Part shown: one piece after another, positions 1 through 11,349 of the stretch
How the letters are laid out: every line of letters begins with the position of its first letter
Position numbering within the stretch: position 1 is the first letter of the stretch
Source: Monocercomonoides exilis PA203
Lineage: Eukaryota > Protista > Preaxostyla
DNA: 64,000 nt
Assembly: GCA_001643675.2 (NCBI GenBank)
Contig: LSRY02000005.1
Span: 186,001-250,000 of the forward strand
Direction of reading: 5' to 3'
Made by a program: the position numbers and the translations under genes
The notes under the pieces: model-generated
Database searches by the model: none
Told to the model about the DNA's origin: nothing
What the model saw: only the letters and a program-made list of their open reading frames with translations

Positions 1-2
1 TC

Positions 3-3000
3 ACTGTTCGTGCCGATGACGGCTCCTCAAGCAATGAAAATGATGAAACAAATACACTGAAAGAGCACTTTGAGATTGAGATTAAGCCTCTCCCGTTTAA
101 CTTCTACGAGTTCAACCAAGAAAAGCACGTCATGTTGGAGCCCACTTTTGTGTCACATCCTTCAGAACAGAAGGAAGGAGTTAGCCCTGATGAAAGTGAA
201 CATTCTTCAAATGGAAATCAAATAATTGATTCGAAAAGCACAAGACTTCACTCAAGCAACGAAGAAGAAGACGCAAAATGTGTGCGTTCACTTGGCGGAA
301 CAAGCCATTCAGAGCAGCTGCAGATATCTTTGGTTGTTGATTCTATTGACGAAGTTATTGATGAATATGCAATGGATCAAGAAGATACAAGCAACCAAAG
401 CATAAGTCGGTATTGCGAGCTTGTTCATGGTGGAGTTTTACTGAAAAATTCTGAGAGCGAAAAAGGAGGAACAATAACTTGGTCCATGGACGCAGAAGTT
501 CAGTGGGATCAGCCAGAAAAACAGCAACGAAATTCTGATAGAAAAGATTATAAAAAACGGTCAAACGAATTGAAAGATCTTGAATTTAGTGTGTATTTGT
601 CTATGAAACAAATAGAGGAAGGCTGGCGCACAGTTCCGTCGATAATTTCAGACGCAGTTATAACCGAGCAATGTGAACGGAAAGATAAACGAACAGAAAT
701 CACCAGCAGCACAAGTGCAAATTCTGAAGAAGGCGTTGAAACTGGTGTCTTTGTTCGTAGAATTGAAGGAAAAGTATCAGAAGAGCAGGAGACAGAGATT
801 CTGCAAAGCGGAAAAAGTGTAATAGTCAATGGAATAACAAAGATGGACCCAGCATCAAAAGATGAGAACGGAATCATCACTTCTTCATATGCAACAGCTG
901 AATGGAAGGCTCGCATCTGCCTTCCAATTTACACTCGCCCAGCGTCTTCGTCTAATTCAGTGAATATTTCTTCAAATGATTCAAAGTTACCTTCACATGA
1001 GTCAAAAATACACTCAAACAGATTTTCTTATGCAAAGGCAGAATTTAGTGATGATGAAAAGAAGGAGATTAACGAGTACTATGCACAATTTAGATCTGCC
1101 ACAAAAAGGTTGCATCTGAAATTCAAAGCAGAAGTTGAAGAAGCCAAAACAATTCCAACTCCTCCTCCGCTTACCAAAGTTGGCATTGAGGATTCTTTCA
1201 CTATTGCGATTTCTCCTTCAATCATTTCTCAACTGACTGTTGATCAGCCAGTGATTGTTGACCCAGGAAATCCGAACGATCATTTAACAAATACAAAAGC
1301 CCAGCCTGTGTCATTTCCAACTTATGTGTTTTATCTGATAGCTGCATTTATATTCATTTTTATCCTTATCATCATAATCATTATCTGCGTTATAAGAAGG
1401 AAGAAAGCAAAGAAACAGAAGAATTTACAAAGAAAGACTCTTAATGAGTTTGAGATGGATGAGATAGAATATAATTCAGCTCTGGAGAAGAAGAAAACAA
1501 AGTCTTCGAAAAAGAAAAGGAAGAGAACTTCAAAGAAAATGCGAATTGCTGTTGAAAAAGACGATGATTGCTTTGATTTAAATATCGATGATGATGAATT
1601 TACAAATCCGATTTCAAAGGATGTCAAAAAGAATACCGAAAACAGATTAAGATGTGAAAAGAACGATGAATACTCTGACGAAGAATTTGAAATAGATATT
1701 GACAGTGAAGAAAGCGATGACTTTTTGAAGGACGATGACGACATGTCTATTTGTACTAATAGCTCGTTATCTTCAGCTCCTCTGCTTCAAGTTCGGAGAT
1801 CAAAGAAGTCAAGTTACAATAGCGATTCATCGTTTTTATCCTCGCCAATCATTGCAGAACCTGAAGGCATTTCCACTATTGAAATCCAAACACCAGAAAC
1901 AATGGAAATTGAACTGGAGATTGACTCTGAAGAAGAAGAAGAGAAACAAAATGAACCCGAAAGCATCACATGCAAAGAAGAAGCTCTGACAACCAAAGAG
2001 GAAAATGCTGTTGTTGATATCAAACCAAAACCTTCTGAAGCAGCTAATGAAGAGCACAACAGCGTCCACAGTGTATCAATAAACGGAGAACAACAAGACA
2101 GCCGCAGCGGAAGTCTTGTTAGCAGCAATGGATTTGGTACCAACTTTGATCAAAGCGATGACCTGGAAGATGAGGAAAACATTCGAGAAGAGACAGAAAG
2201 CTATTACACTGTGCAGCATAGTGAAGGATCTTATTTAAGTGATTCACAAGAGACGCTTGAAACAGAAGTGACTGTTAGCACAGACAAAAATGAAAAGAGC
2301 GAAGAAACAAAGAGTGTGAAATCGACTTTGTCGTCTGTTTCGTTGAATGCCTCAACACGCTCAGAAAAGTATCTTATCACTCGCAGGGCATTTTGGCAAA
2401 CAGGAAACGACATTAAAAGCTACGATGAAGGCAAGCCTCATAACTGTGTGTCGCATGCAGATGACGAAGAGTGGGACTCTGTGCTCGGCGAGCGGCAAAA
2501 AGCGTGGGACGATTTTTCAGAGAATCCTTCAATTGTTCCGAGTGTTGATGGCTCCAAATCGGAATGCGGTGGGCTGTTTGTGTTCTTCAGAGATGACTCA
2601 GATGGATTCAGTTCCGATTCTGAAGACGATTCATCAGACGGAAATTCTTGGATCGATGACGAAGAAATGAACCAAAGGCAAAAGAAGGAGAGGAAGGAGG
2701 TCAGCATTACGGGCAATGATTATGTTGTTTCTTCGCTTTCGCGAAAAGAGCAGAACAAAAGAGATAAACGAATTTTAAGAGCACTGCTACAAAAGGAAGA
2801 AGAGAAGAGACAAATGGAACTGGAAGAAAAACGCTTGAAGCTGTTGGAAGAGGATGCAAAAGAAGAGACAGAACAGTCTCCATTCACGTTTGCTTCTTCA
2901 TCAGCATCAGTTTCAGAAGTCGATAAATCTCCAAAGCTAACATCAGCAGAAGCTGCTTCATTATGCGCTCTGCAACTGACTTCAGATGGGTTGAATGACT

Positions 3001-6000
3001 CATCTGCCCCACTCCTTCAGAAAGACACAGCATTACCTCCTTCTTCTATGCTATCAATTCCAGTTCAGACGACTCCTTACATATTTTCTCTACAATCACC
3101 TGACCCATGCTTTACATTTTCTGCTGCTTCCAGCGAATCATCTTCAGAAACTTTACCGATTACTTCTTCTGATAATGTTGCTCCTGTCTCTACGATCGAT
3201 CCACAGATACAGTTGAGTAATGGAACGCTTCCAGATGTTGAACCTGATACTTCAAACGTTTCAGGACAGGCTGTTCCATCACATCCTAATTCACTCCTCC
3301 AATCCGATGAACAAGAGGGACTTGATCTGAAAAAACTGAATGCAGTTATTGCACAGCTGCAAAAGCCAACTGGAGAAGAAGGAATACTAATCGAAGCATC
3401 TGACGAATACGACGATTACAAATCTGAAATCAAACAAGATAAACTTAAAGACGAAGTTGAACTTGAAGATCCTGAAGACAATGAAGATGTATCGTTGACA
3501 AAATACCGTTCAGCATCTGAAATCTTACAAGCACCATTTTACAACACACCAACTCCACTTCCGTTTTCTCCATTCATATTTCTTCTTCGAAAGCGATCAA
3601 AAACAACAACGTCTGTGAACATATTTGCAACGTCGATGATTTGCGGATTTCCGTTCAGAACTCTCAATGCTGATAAGTCTGCTACACTTGCATCTGCTGC
3701 TTTCACTTCTTTCCCACACAGCTTCTCTTCGTTGTCAGAAGAAGAGCAGCTTTCTCTTCGTCTTCCATTTGCTGCGTCTGTTGCGCTATCTGTGTGTGTT
3801 GGCTTGTCCCATCTGGCTGATATGGACATTAGCGATCTCAAAGACGAAGAAGAGCATCTGAAAAAAGAAAAGAAGCAGGAAAAATATACAAAACAAAAAG
3901 GAAGTGCTGATGCAGCTGAAAATGCTGAGGGACAGAATTCATCAGATTCTGTTAGAAGTGGATGCAAAGATTCGTCGGCTGATGGAGGCTGTAAAGACGA
4001 TGAATCGGAGGAAGAAGAAAGCTATGAAACTGCAGAAGAAAAAGAAAGAAAACTGAAGTTAGTTCTGAAACAAAGAAAATCCATATTGAGAATGTTTTCA
4101 CCGTACAGGGTGCTATTTGGACCAGAAGGAGAATTATGTTTGTATTGGGGAACAAACAAAGCAGAAGAAGAGGGTAAACAGAGCAAAGAAGATAATAAAG
4201 ATCAGGAAGAAAGAAAAGAAGATAAATCAAATTGCAAAGCATCGATGGCTGATAATGAGACCAACAAAAAAGAAGCAGAAGATGAAGAAATAAAGATGGA
4301 TGACTTTGAAGTTGACGAAGGCATGGATGGAGGCGGATATCAAGCATTGAGATGGAAGGCTCCTGAAATAGAGGAAGAAGAAGTTTGCAACCAGAATGAG
4401 AAACTTGCTGATGATGAAGACTTTTTCACCCTAAGAACGAGAACTTTGAAGCCCTCGTCTCGCTTTTGCCTCTTTAATCTCAAATTTGGAGACGAAGACA
4501 GCGACGACAATGAAGAAACACAGCTCATAATGGACGAACAGGCATGCGTGTTCTCAATCGGCATGCTCATCTTCTCAATCATCGAAGGCGTTGAGCCATT
4601 TCCTGAGCAGGATGCGATCACAAGCGGAAGAATGATTGAAATGAATGAAAGACCAAAGTCTATTTATTTCAACACGCTTTGTCGCGAGCTCAACGAAAAT
4701 GCTTCTCAATCATCGTCCTCTTCTTCATCCTCTTCATCATCATCAACTTCTTCATCTTCATCTTCTCTAACACTCAACACATTTTCAACTGTGCCTTATC
4801 TTCCATGCATCGCTCCAAATGGATCGTATTATTCTCGTTGCTCAGCATCTTCCAATGAACCATCTGCATTCTTGTCTTCGTTGTGCACTATTTTGTCCCT
4901 ATCTTCCATATCTTCTCTGCTTTCTCTTGTTCAAAAGTGCTGGAAACAGGATCCTCTTGAAAGGCCTTCTCTTTCTGAGCTTACAGACCAATTGAAGGAG
5001 ATTGTGCCAGAATCGCTCCGTCCACAGATGACAGATGATTCTTCAAACGAAGAATATGCAGCGCAAAAGGCAGCTGAACGAAGGAAAAAACTGAAAGAAA
5101 TGGAAGCGAAAGCGAAGGAAATGAAAGGCGGAATGGGCGAAATTCATTCACTGAAGGATGAAAGAAAGCAAGAAAAGATGAAAAGAAAAGAAGAAAAAAG
5201 ACAAAAGAAACTTGCGCAAGCTAAAGATGAAGACGATGATGAAGAAGAAGAATCAACTTCTTCGTCTTCGTCTATTTCCTCTTCATCTTCTTCATCTGAG
5301 TCAGATTCCGACTCCGACTCAAAATCCTCACCTTCAGTTGCTCATCAACAAATTGAAGAGCCTAAAACTCCGATGAAGCATATTGAACCAGAAATTGTCT
5401 ATATTATGCAGCTGGCAACCGCTTACGAATGCAGAGCGGAAGAAGATGCTTATCAGCAAAGGCCAAGCATTCCATTTTCATCAACTGAAGGCTCTTCTAT
5501 TTCTGCACAGCAACCATCATGTTGCAAGCAGGCTATTCCCAGCGCAAGCGATGATCTCACATGTTCAAATGCAATTGCTTATACTGCCGATGCAAACAAT
5601 GCTATTGATGTTCTTTGCACACCTCCATCCAGCCCAACAATGGAAGATGACACAATGCCGATATTTACATATCAGCCAATTGTGAATCCTTTGCCACTTA
5701 TTAATGAAATGGACGAAGACACTCACAGCAGTTCTTCAATGGAAGCTTCGACTTCGTCATCGTCTTCCTCATTTCTTCAACCTTTGGAATCTCTTGATTC
5801 GTTGGAAAGCAGTTCATCATCATTGAAATCTGATGAAAACATATCTTTATCTGCTTCTTACGATTGCAGAATACCAATTGGCTCTGAATTATCCTTTGAA
5901 TCGTCTCAATCACTTTCTCAGGACACTTCTTCTGATCAGTGCTCGCCTCAGCTTCGAGTCGTTATTCCCATCGACGAATACACTGCTGTTGTTAATGATG

Positions 6001-8483
6001 AACATACTGATTCCGCAAAAACAGTTTTGGAACGAGACGCAGACCTTCCGTCGTTTGCCGTCGAGGCATGTGGCGCTGCAATAATAGACTGGGCTTATTT
6101 AACTAACTCGGATATGCCATCTCCAAATAGAAAAATGCAGCAGCTTTGTGCTCAGATGGATGATGGCAATTTAACTTCTAGTCAAGAATGCTTTGCAGAC
6201 TTGGATTCTGCTGCTTATTTGAGTCAAAATCAATCATCTGCACCGAATATGAACAGAGAAAAGCAGAAAGGAAAGCAAAAGCAGAAGTCTCAGAAGGCGA
6301 AACAGCAAAAACGGAGGAGAGGAAGAAACTTGAGGAGGAACTGTGATGAAATAGAAGACTTTCCCGATGAGTATTCAACATACGACTGGGTGAGAGATCT
6401 TCGTAGACCGACACACCCTTTCACTCCAACAAAAATTACTATTCCAAAGAGAAAGAGACAGGCTTCTTCCTCCTCCTCTTCTTCTTTTGCAGCTGCTTGT
6501 GCTGCGCATCCATCTGGAGCGCGCTCAACTTCGGTTCTTCCTTTTATCGCTCGGCCCAAAATGAACGAGTCAAGAAGCACGTCTCCGTCTCGAAGGCTGC
6601 AAACTTCCCCTTCAAGGAATCGCACTTGCCCGCTTTTGGCATCGCCATCCTGCTTAAACAGATGCAAGTCCACTACTCCAATGAAGCGTGTGCATACGCT
6701 TCCTTCTTCTATTCCTCCTCCTCATGAAGTTCCTTCATCTCCTTGCACACCTCCAAAGAGTAACACTCGTGCAGTTTCGCCTTCTCGAACTCACATGCTT
6801 CCTCAAACAACACCGAAGCATACCTCTTCATCGCCTGCTTCTTCAAGACGCCTTAATGTCCACCCGACTCCATTGAGAACTTCCTCAATCACTCCATCAA
6901 CTGACAGAACTTTCCGTCAGCGTTGCTCGGCTCCTTTGTCAAAGCAATCATCTTCTTCATCATCTTCTTCATCGTCATCTTCTCCTTCGCCTTCTCCTTA
7001 TGTTTCTTCTCCTCTATCAACTCCATCCTCCAATCGACGATTGCCTTCTCCATCAAGAACGCCAATTTCCAGTCCATCCAGCAAACGTTCCATTTCTCCA
7101 ATACGAAATGAAAATGAGAATTTACAAAGCGATGCAAAGGCTCAGAGTGAGAAATCTGTTGAATCGTTTGGCAATAACAATAATTGCTTAGTTCTTTTCA
7201 ATGGAATGGGAGATTATTTGCATGGGCAAAACGTTAATCAATATTGTCCGCTACAAAAAGTTGGGTTTTTCGACAAGACTGGCAGAATGGTTCCGCTTCG
7301 GCAATTGCTTCAGCTTGCCATTCGATCTTCTTTGGAATCCAAAATTAAGGAAAATGGAAAGTTGCTAATTGAAAATGATTATCATTCGCCAGAAAAAGAT
7401 AAATCACAACCACAAAGAGAAAAAGCTCATAAAGTTGAAGAGAAAAAGATACAAAAGATAACTGAAGAAAAAGACGAAGAGGAAAACATTGAAATTTATT
7501 GTGAGGGTTCACTCGAAGCATATGAATGTGATGGCTATCGTTGTGTATTCAGAGAGAAATGCGGAATAAAAGAGCAAGTGCTTTCAATGAACATGGATGA
7601 ATTTGATGATGGCACGAGCAATGAGTCTTATGTCGATGAAAAACGAGAGAAATGCAACGCAAAAGGAAATATTATTGATGTCGACACACTTTTACTGCGA
7701 TTAGAATGCTCAACGAGTTCTGAAGAGATTAAGTGGAAAGCAGAAAACGAGAACAAAAGAAGAGCGGAAGAAGAAAAAGAAGATTCTATCAGTCCCGAAG
7801 AATACAATGAAACTGATACGTTGCTTTCTGCGCTTTCTCTTCGTGTTCAGCCCATACGCATTCAAATGCCGTTTTCGTTGGTATTGTTACAAATTCCGGA
7901 TGATGCTTCAACAAATCTTCATCATTCAACTCGTGAGGAGCAGTATTCAACAATGTATGTTCCTTCAACGTATAAGTTATGCATTGTGTCAAGTCAATGC
8001 GTTTATGTGATCGAATCGTTTAATTGCAACTATTCACTTCTTTCATTGTCTGAAGATTCTTCTCTTTCACTCTCTTACTCCATAGATCATTCAAAAGTTT
8101 TGTTTAACTCTAAAGAAAAAAGCGAGAAAGTTAAACTCGCAGAACGATCATCTTTTATCGAGACATTTTTCACTCAATCTGCTACATTTTTAACCTCTCC
8201 AACTTTTCCATCTTCATATGTTACAGTTTTTGATTCTTCTAATCAAGCATCTCATTTGGATTTATTGCTGGAAGAAAAGCAGATGCTGATTACAACCGAG
8301 TCTTTTGGTGAAATGTTGCCTAAGAGAAGATGCTTGAAGAGAGAAGAACGGCCCATGCGCAATATAGCAAATCAGGACGATTATTTCACTCAAAATGATT
8401 CGAAATCATCAAATGATGAAAAAATGGAATGTGGATTTATTGTTAAAAGACTTTTTGTTCAACTTAGTTGCAAGCCCCAATAA
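3..8483 (+). CDS. Giant single-pass membrane protein with degenerate, insert-split TKL/tyrosine-kinase-like C-lobe (receptor pseudokinase); 5' end lies before the window
   Basis: The frame of ORF 132..8483 is open back to base 3. TM helix YVFYLIAAFIFIFILIIIIIICVI followed by RRKK (~1320-1400). Kinase remnants VALSVCVGLSHL, ALRWKAPE, ACVFSIGMLIFSIIEGVEPF and LVQKCWKQDPLERPSLSEL. No HRD or DFG. Long acidic and Ser/Pro-rich tracts. Confidence 0.8.
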   Translation, partial: TVRADDGSSSNENDETNTLKEHFEIEIKPLPFNFYEFNQEKHVMLEPTFVSHPSEQKEGVSPDESEHSSNGNQIIDSKSTRLHSSNEEEDAKCVRSLGGTSHSEQLQISLVVDSIDEVIDEYAMDQEDTSNQSISRYCELVHGGVLLKNSESEKGGTITWSMDAEVQWDQPEKQQRNSDRKDYKKRSNELKDLEFSVYLSMKQIEEGWRTVPSIISDAVITEQCERKDKRTEITSSTSANSEEGVETGVFVRRIEGKVSEEQETEILQSGKSVIVNGITKMDPASKDENGIITSSYATAEWKARICLPIYTRPASSSNSVNISSNDSKLPSHESKIHSNRFSYAKAEFSDDEKKEINEYYAQFRSATKRLHLKFKAEVEEAKTIPTPPPLTKVGIEDSFTIAISPSIISQLTVDQPVIVDPGNPNDHLTNTKAQPVSFPTYVFYLIAAFIFIFILIIIIIICVIRRKKAKKQKNLQRKTLNEFEMDEIEYNSALEKKKTKSSKKKRKRTSKKMRIAVEKDDDCFDLNIDDDEFTNPISKDVKKNTENRLRCEKNDEYSDEEFEIDIDSEESDDFLKDDDDMSICTNSSLSSAPLLQVRRSKKSSYNSDSSFLSSPIIAEPEGISTIEIQTPETMEIELEIDSEEEEEKQNEPESITCKEEALTTKEENAVVDIKPKPSEAANEEHNSVHSVSINGEQQDSRSGSLVSSNGFGTNFDQSDDLEDEENIREETESYYTVQHSEGSYLSDSQETLETEVTVSTDKNEKSEETKSVKSTLSSVSLNASTRSEKYLITRRAFWQTGNDIKSYDEGKPHNCVSHADDEEWDSVLGERQKAWDDFSENPSIVPSVDGSKSECGGLFVFFRDDSDGFSSDSEDDSSDGNSWIDDEEMNQRQKKERKEVSITGNDYVVSSLSRKEQNKRDKRILRALLQKEEEKRQMELEEKRLKLLEEDAKEETEQSPFTFASSSASVSEVDKSPKLTSAEAASLCALQLTSDGLNDSSAPLLQKDTALPPSSMLSIPVQTTPYIFSLQSPDPCFTFSAASSESSSETLPITSSDNVAPVSTIDPQIQLSNGTLPDVEPDTSNVSGQAVPSHPNSLLQSDEQEGLDLKKLNAVIAQLQKPTGEEGILIEASDEYDDYKSEIKQDKLKDEVELEDPEDNEDVSLTKYRSASEILQAPFYNTPTPLPFSPFIFLLRKRSKTTTSVNIFATSMICGFPFRTLNADKSATLASAAFTSFPHSFSSLSEEEQLSLRLPFAASVALSVCVGLSHLADMDISDLKDEEEHLKKEKKQEKYTKQKGSADAAENAEGQNSSDSVRSGCKDSSADGGCKDDESEEEESYETAEEKERKLKLVLKQRKSILRMFSPYRVLFGPEGELCLYWGTNKAEEEGKQSKEDNKDQEERKEDKSNCKASMADNETNKKEAEDEEIKMDDFEVDEGMDGGGYQALRWKAPEIEEEEVCNQNEKLADDEDFFTLRTRTLKPSSRFCLFNLKFGDEDSDDNEETQLIMDEQACVFSIGMLIFSIIEGVEPFPEQDAITSGRMIEMNERPKSIYFNTLCRELNENASQSSSSSSSSSSSSTSSSSSSLTLNTFSTVPYLPCIAPNGSYYSRCSASSNEPSAFLSSLCTILSLSSISSLLSLVQKCWKQDPLERPSLSELTDQLKEIVPESLRPQMTDDSSNEEYAAQKAAERRKKLKEMEAKAKEMKGGMGEIHSLKDERKQEKMKRKEEKRQKKLAQAKDEDDDEEEESTSSSSSISSSSSSSESDSDSDSKSSPSVAHQQIEEPKTPMKHIEPEIVYIMQLATAYECRAEEDAYQQRPSIPFSSTEGSSISAQQPSCCKQAIPSASDDLTCSNAIAYTADANNAIDVLCTPPSSPTMEDDTMPIFTYQPIVNPLPLINEMDEDTHSSSSMEASTSSSSSSFLQPLESLDSLESSSSSLKSDENISLSASYDCRIPIGSELSFESSQSLSQDTSSDQCSPQLRVVIPIDEYTAVVNDEHTDSAKTVLERDADLPSFAVEACGAAIIDWAYLTNSDMPSPNRKMQQLCAQMDDGNLTSSQECFADLDSAAYLSQNQSSAPNMNREKQKGKQKQKSQKAKQQKRRRGRNLRRNCDEIEDFPDEYSTYDWVRDLRRPTHPFTPTKITIPKRKRQASSSSSSSFAAACAAHPSGARSTSVLPFIARPKMNESRSTSPSRRLQTSPSRNRTCPLLASPSCLNRCKSTTPMKRVHTLPSSIPPPHEVPSSPCTPPKSNTRAVSPSRTHMLPQTTPKHTSSSPASSRRLNVHPTPLRTSSITPSTDRTFRQRCSAPLSKQSSSSSSSSSSSSPSPSPYVSSPLSTPSSNRRLPSPSRTPISSPSSKRSISPIRNENENLQSDAKAQSEKSVESFGNNNNCLVLFNGMGDYLHGQNVNQYCPLQKVGFFDKTGRMVPLRQLLQLAIRSSLESKIKENGKLLIENDYHSPEKDKSQPQREKAHKVEEKKIQKITEEKDEEENIEIYCEGSLEAYECDGYRCVFREKCGIKEQVLSMNMDEFDDGTSNESYVDEKREKCNAKGNIIDVDTLLLRLECSTSSEEIKWKAENENKRRAEEEKEDSISPEEYNETDTLLSALSLRVQPIRIQMPFSLVLLQIPDDASTNLHHSTREEQYSTMYVPSTYKLCIVSSQCVYVIESFNCNYSLLSLSEDSSLSLSYSIDHSKVLFNSKEKSEKVKLAERSSFIETFFTQSATFLTSPTFPSSYVTVFDSSNQASHLDLLLEEKQMLITTESFGEMLPKRRCLKREERPMRNIANQDDYFTQNDSKSSNDEKMECGFIVKRLFVQLSCKPQ

Positions 8484-8904
8484 AATTTTATATCAATAAT
8501 TGAATTTGGAAATTATAAAAAGAAGTTGAACTGAAAAAAATGTATTTAAGATGATAAAATTTTTACCGTTTTATTTTTTGAATATCATTTATCAATTTTA
8601 AGAATTCTTGTATTATTTTTTTCACAAAATAAATATCGATTTTTTCTTTTTCCAACTTTTCTTTTCTTTTTTGCAATTAATCACTTCAAATTGTTAATAT
8701 CTCTTTTTAAGGTTTTATTTTATTGTTATAATTCGTTTGAATTTAATTTTATCAAAAAAAAAAAAAAAAAGCGCAAATGGAAATTTTGAAAATTTTAATT
8801 TGACTTTTCTTTCTTTTTTTCTCTCTCTCAAAAGTTTTCACACATCACTGTTAGAAATAGAAATATTACTTTAAAATTGTGTTTATGTAGTCTGTTTTGG
8901 AATA

Positions 8905-8944
8905 CAATGAGTAAAAAACCCGGGACATGGTAAAAAATCCGGAC
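8905..8944 (+). repeat. Candidate terminal inverted repeat of the pogo-like element (transposase 3' side)
   Basis: TA|CAATGAGTAAAAAACCCGGGACATGGTAAAAAATCCGGAC; ~33/41 identical to the reverse complement of 17587-17627. Confidence 0.7.
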
Positions 8945-9389
8945 TTTTTGAATATTGCAACTGCATTTTGTTTCATTCAAATATGTTCAATTGACCGATA
9001 TGTTTTATGTTTTATTCAGTAATTATTAAACATTTGGAGATTTTTTGAATTGAAAATTGTATTAAAAAACAATTTTTGTATATTTTCAACGAATTCATAG
9101 ACGTTAATGTGAAATGGTATTTCTCAAATTGTCAAAATTGTTGATGTAATATTTTTTTTAAATAAAATGAAAGTTGATACAGACGCAACAGAAGTTTCTT
9201 TCTATCCAATGCTCAGTGAATTTCATCCTTTGTCTTTTCTAAATTCAGTTAACTGGAAATGAAGAATTGAAGAAATTATCACAAAAAACATTCAATTCAA
9301 GATTAACAATGAATATAGAGTCGAATATTTAAAAGTTTGGTAAAAAATTTGATTTGATTTTCAACAAAAAGAATTTCTAAACAAACTTA

Positions 9390-11015
9390 TTAGTATTTCC
9401 ATCTATTCGTTATCATCATGCTGTATTTTAAATTTTTTTTTCTTTCAAATTGAGTTGTATCTTCTGCGCTTTCCTTATGCTCACTTTTCCATTCATCTTT
9501 TTCGTAATCTTCGTCATCTTCATATGTAAAGTCGCTGTCAATTTTTTTCTTTCTCGTTCTGATGATTCTTTTGGCAAAATTGCGACTTTCAGAATTGGTA
9601 TGGTGATCGTCATTGAATAAATTGTCTTCTGTTTGTGTGCATCCATCAATGCTATGTTTTTCATCGATTTTTGTATCCATTTTACACTTTCTTGATGATT
9701 TGATTTTCCGTTTTGGTGTGAAAGAATCAAATAGTTCCTTTTTTGCTTCATCTAAAGAAGTTAAGGAAGAAGATTTTGACAGTGATCCACTTATTTTTGA
9801 TAGAACTTGAGAAGCTGCTAGTGGCCATATTCCTGTATTCAGAAAAGCAGTTTTAATTACTGAAGGAGTGGTTGCTGCGGAGATTGCGTCTGGCAAAACC
9901 TCAGTAAGTGCCTTTCTGTAAGAAGAAGATGAATCATCCGAAGGGACTTTGTAATTATTGTTTAACGTTCTTTTCGATCTAGCGAAAATTAAGTTATCGC
10001 ATGGTTGTAGGATATGTGTCATGTTAGGAGGGAACTTTTTGATGAAGATTCTGCTTTTTTCTGCTTCACGAATGACATCTGAGCATGTATAAGTCGTATG
10101 GTTATCAAGAAGAATGAGAGCCTTTTTTGAAGATGTCGATTGGATTTTTTGATGAATGAGAGGAATCCAATTTTGAAGCATGATGATTTTATAGATTTCA
10201 GTGGTAGTCCATCCTGAAGGTGCAGGAATATAGTTAATATCAAAAAATTTTAAATTAGAAAATTCTTCTGGTATTTTCTTCTTTGGAAAAAGCAAAAAAT
10301 GAGGAAGATGAGAGTTATCTGAGCATACGCAATTACATAAAGTCGCGTTTGAAGATTTTCGAGGCTCAGGAGGAGAAGGAGGGATTTGATCCTTCAAACA
10401 GATGACCAACTTTGCAGAACTTTCTCCGATTTGAACAGAAGATTCATCGAAATTAAAAATATTGGTGACTTCGATATTGTTTCCTTCTACGATTTCTTTC
10501 ACTTCTTCAAACCTATTAGTCACACTTTCAGGGCTCTATGACCATATTTATGCAATTTCAAGTTGTCTTGCCAGGGCTGCCTTTAATATGGAGCTTCTTT
10601 GAACTAAATAATAAGATAATTTCGGATGAAGTTTCTCGTTTCCTTCTTCTTTTGTTGATTCCGTATTTAAAAAATTAATTGCCTAAAAAAACAAAGATTA
10701 AAAAATATACATATAAAAAAACGAAAACCATTTCCTGTATGTGCTTCATTCGAACTACAACTCCTTCTGATAATAAAGACAAAACCTGATTCTCAATTTT
10801 TTCCAGTTTTTCAGAATTTATAAGAGATGGTCTTCCTTCTTTTCCAACATCTCTGTTTTCCTTTTCAGCTGTTTTGCCTCTGTACCAAGCCTGCCTTGTT
10901 GTTGCTTTCGCTTTGACTGCAACATTCACTGTCAATGGATATGTTTTCTTGATTTCAAAAATTTTTCGAGATCTGGAATGAATTGTCCGATATGGGTGAT
11001 TTTTTTTGATATCAT
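9390..11015 (-). mobile_element. pogo/Fot1-like (IS630-Tc1-mariner, DDE_1) DD35D transposase, disrupted
   Basis: Catalytic motifs IFNFDESS, LLDNHTTY and THILQPCDNLIF, with 35 residues between D2 and D3. N-terminal HTH-region GRP motif in ORF 10675..10935. Probable short intron ~10684-10729. Stop and frameshift at ~10535-10555 between the two ORFs. Confidence 0.85.
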
Positions 11016-11349
11016 AAAAAATTCCGACGTTTGATCATCAAAAATTTTCATTAAGGGTGGGGTTGAATCGAAAATATTTTTGTTTAATTATGCGAAAATA
11101 TTGTTCAATATATTATTATTTTTATTTGCTTGCTGGTTTTAATTTGTTTACAATTGTTTTTATTACTTATTTTCAAAAAAACATAAAAAAATTATTCGCA
11201 AAATATCGAAACTTAAATTCACTGAGCAAAAAAAAAGTTTACTGGTTTTTTAAAACATTAAAACAATAATCACAATACATAATCAATCTAATTTTTATGC
11301 AAAAATTTGTTTTATGATGTTGTTGCAAAGAAATTTAGAAATTGATGCT

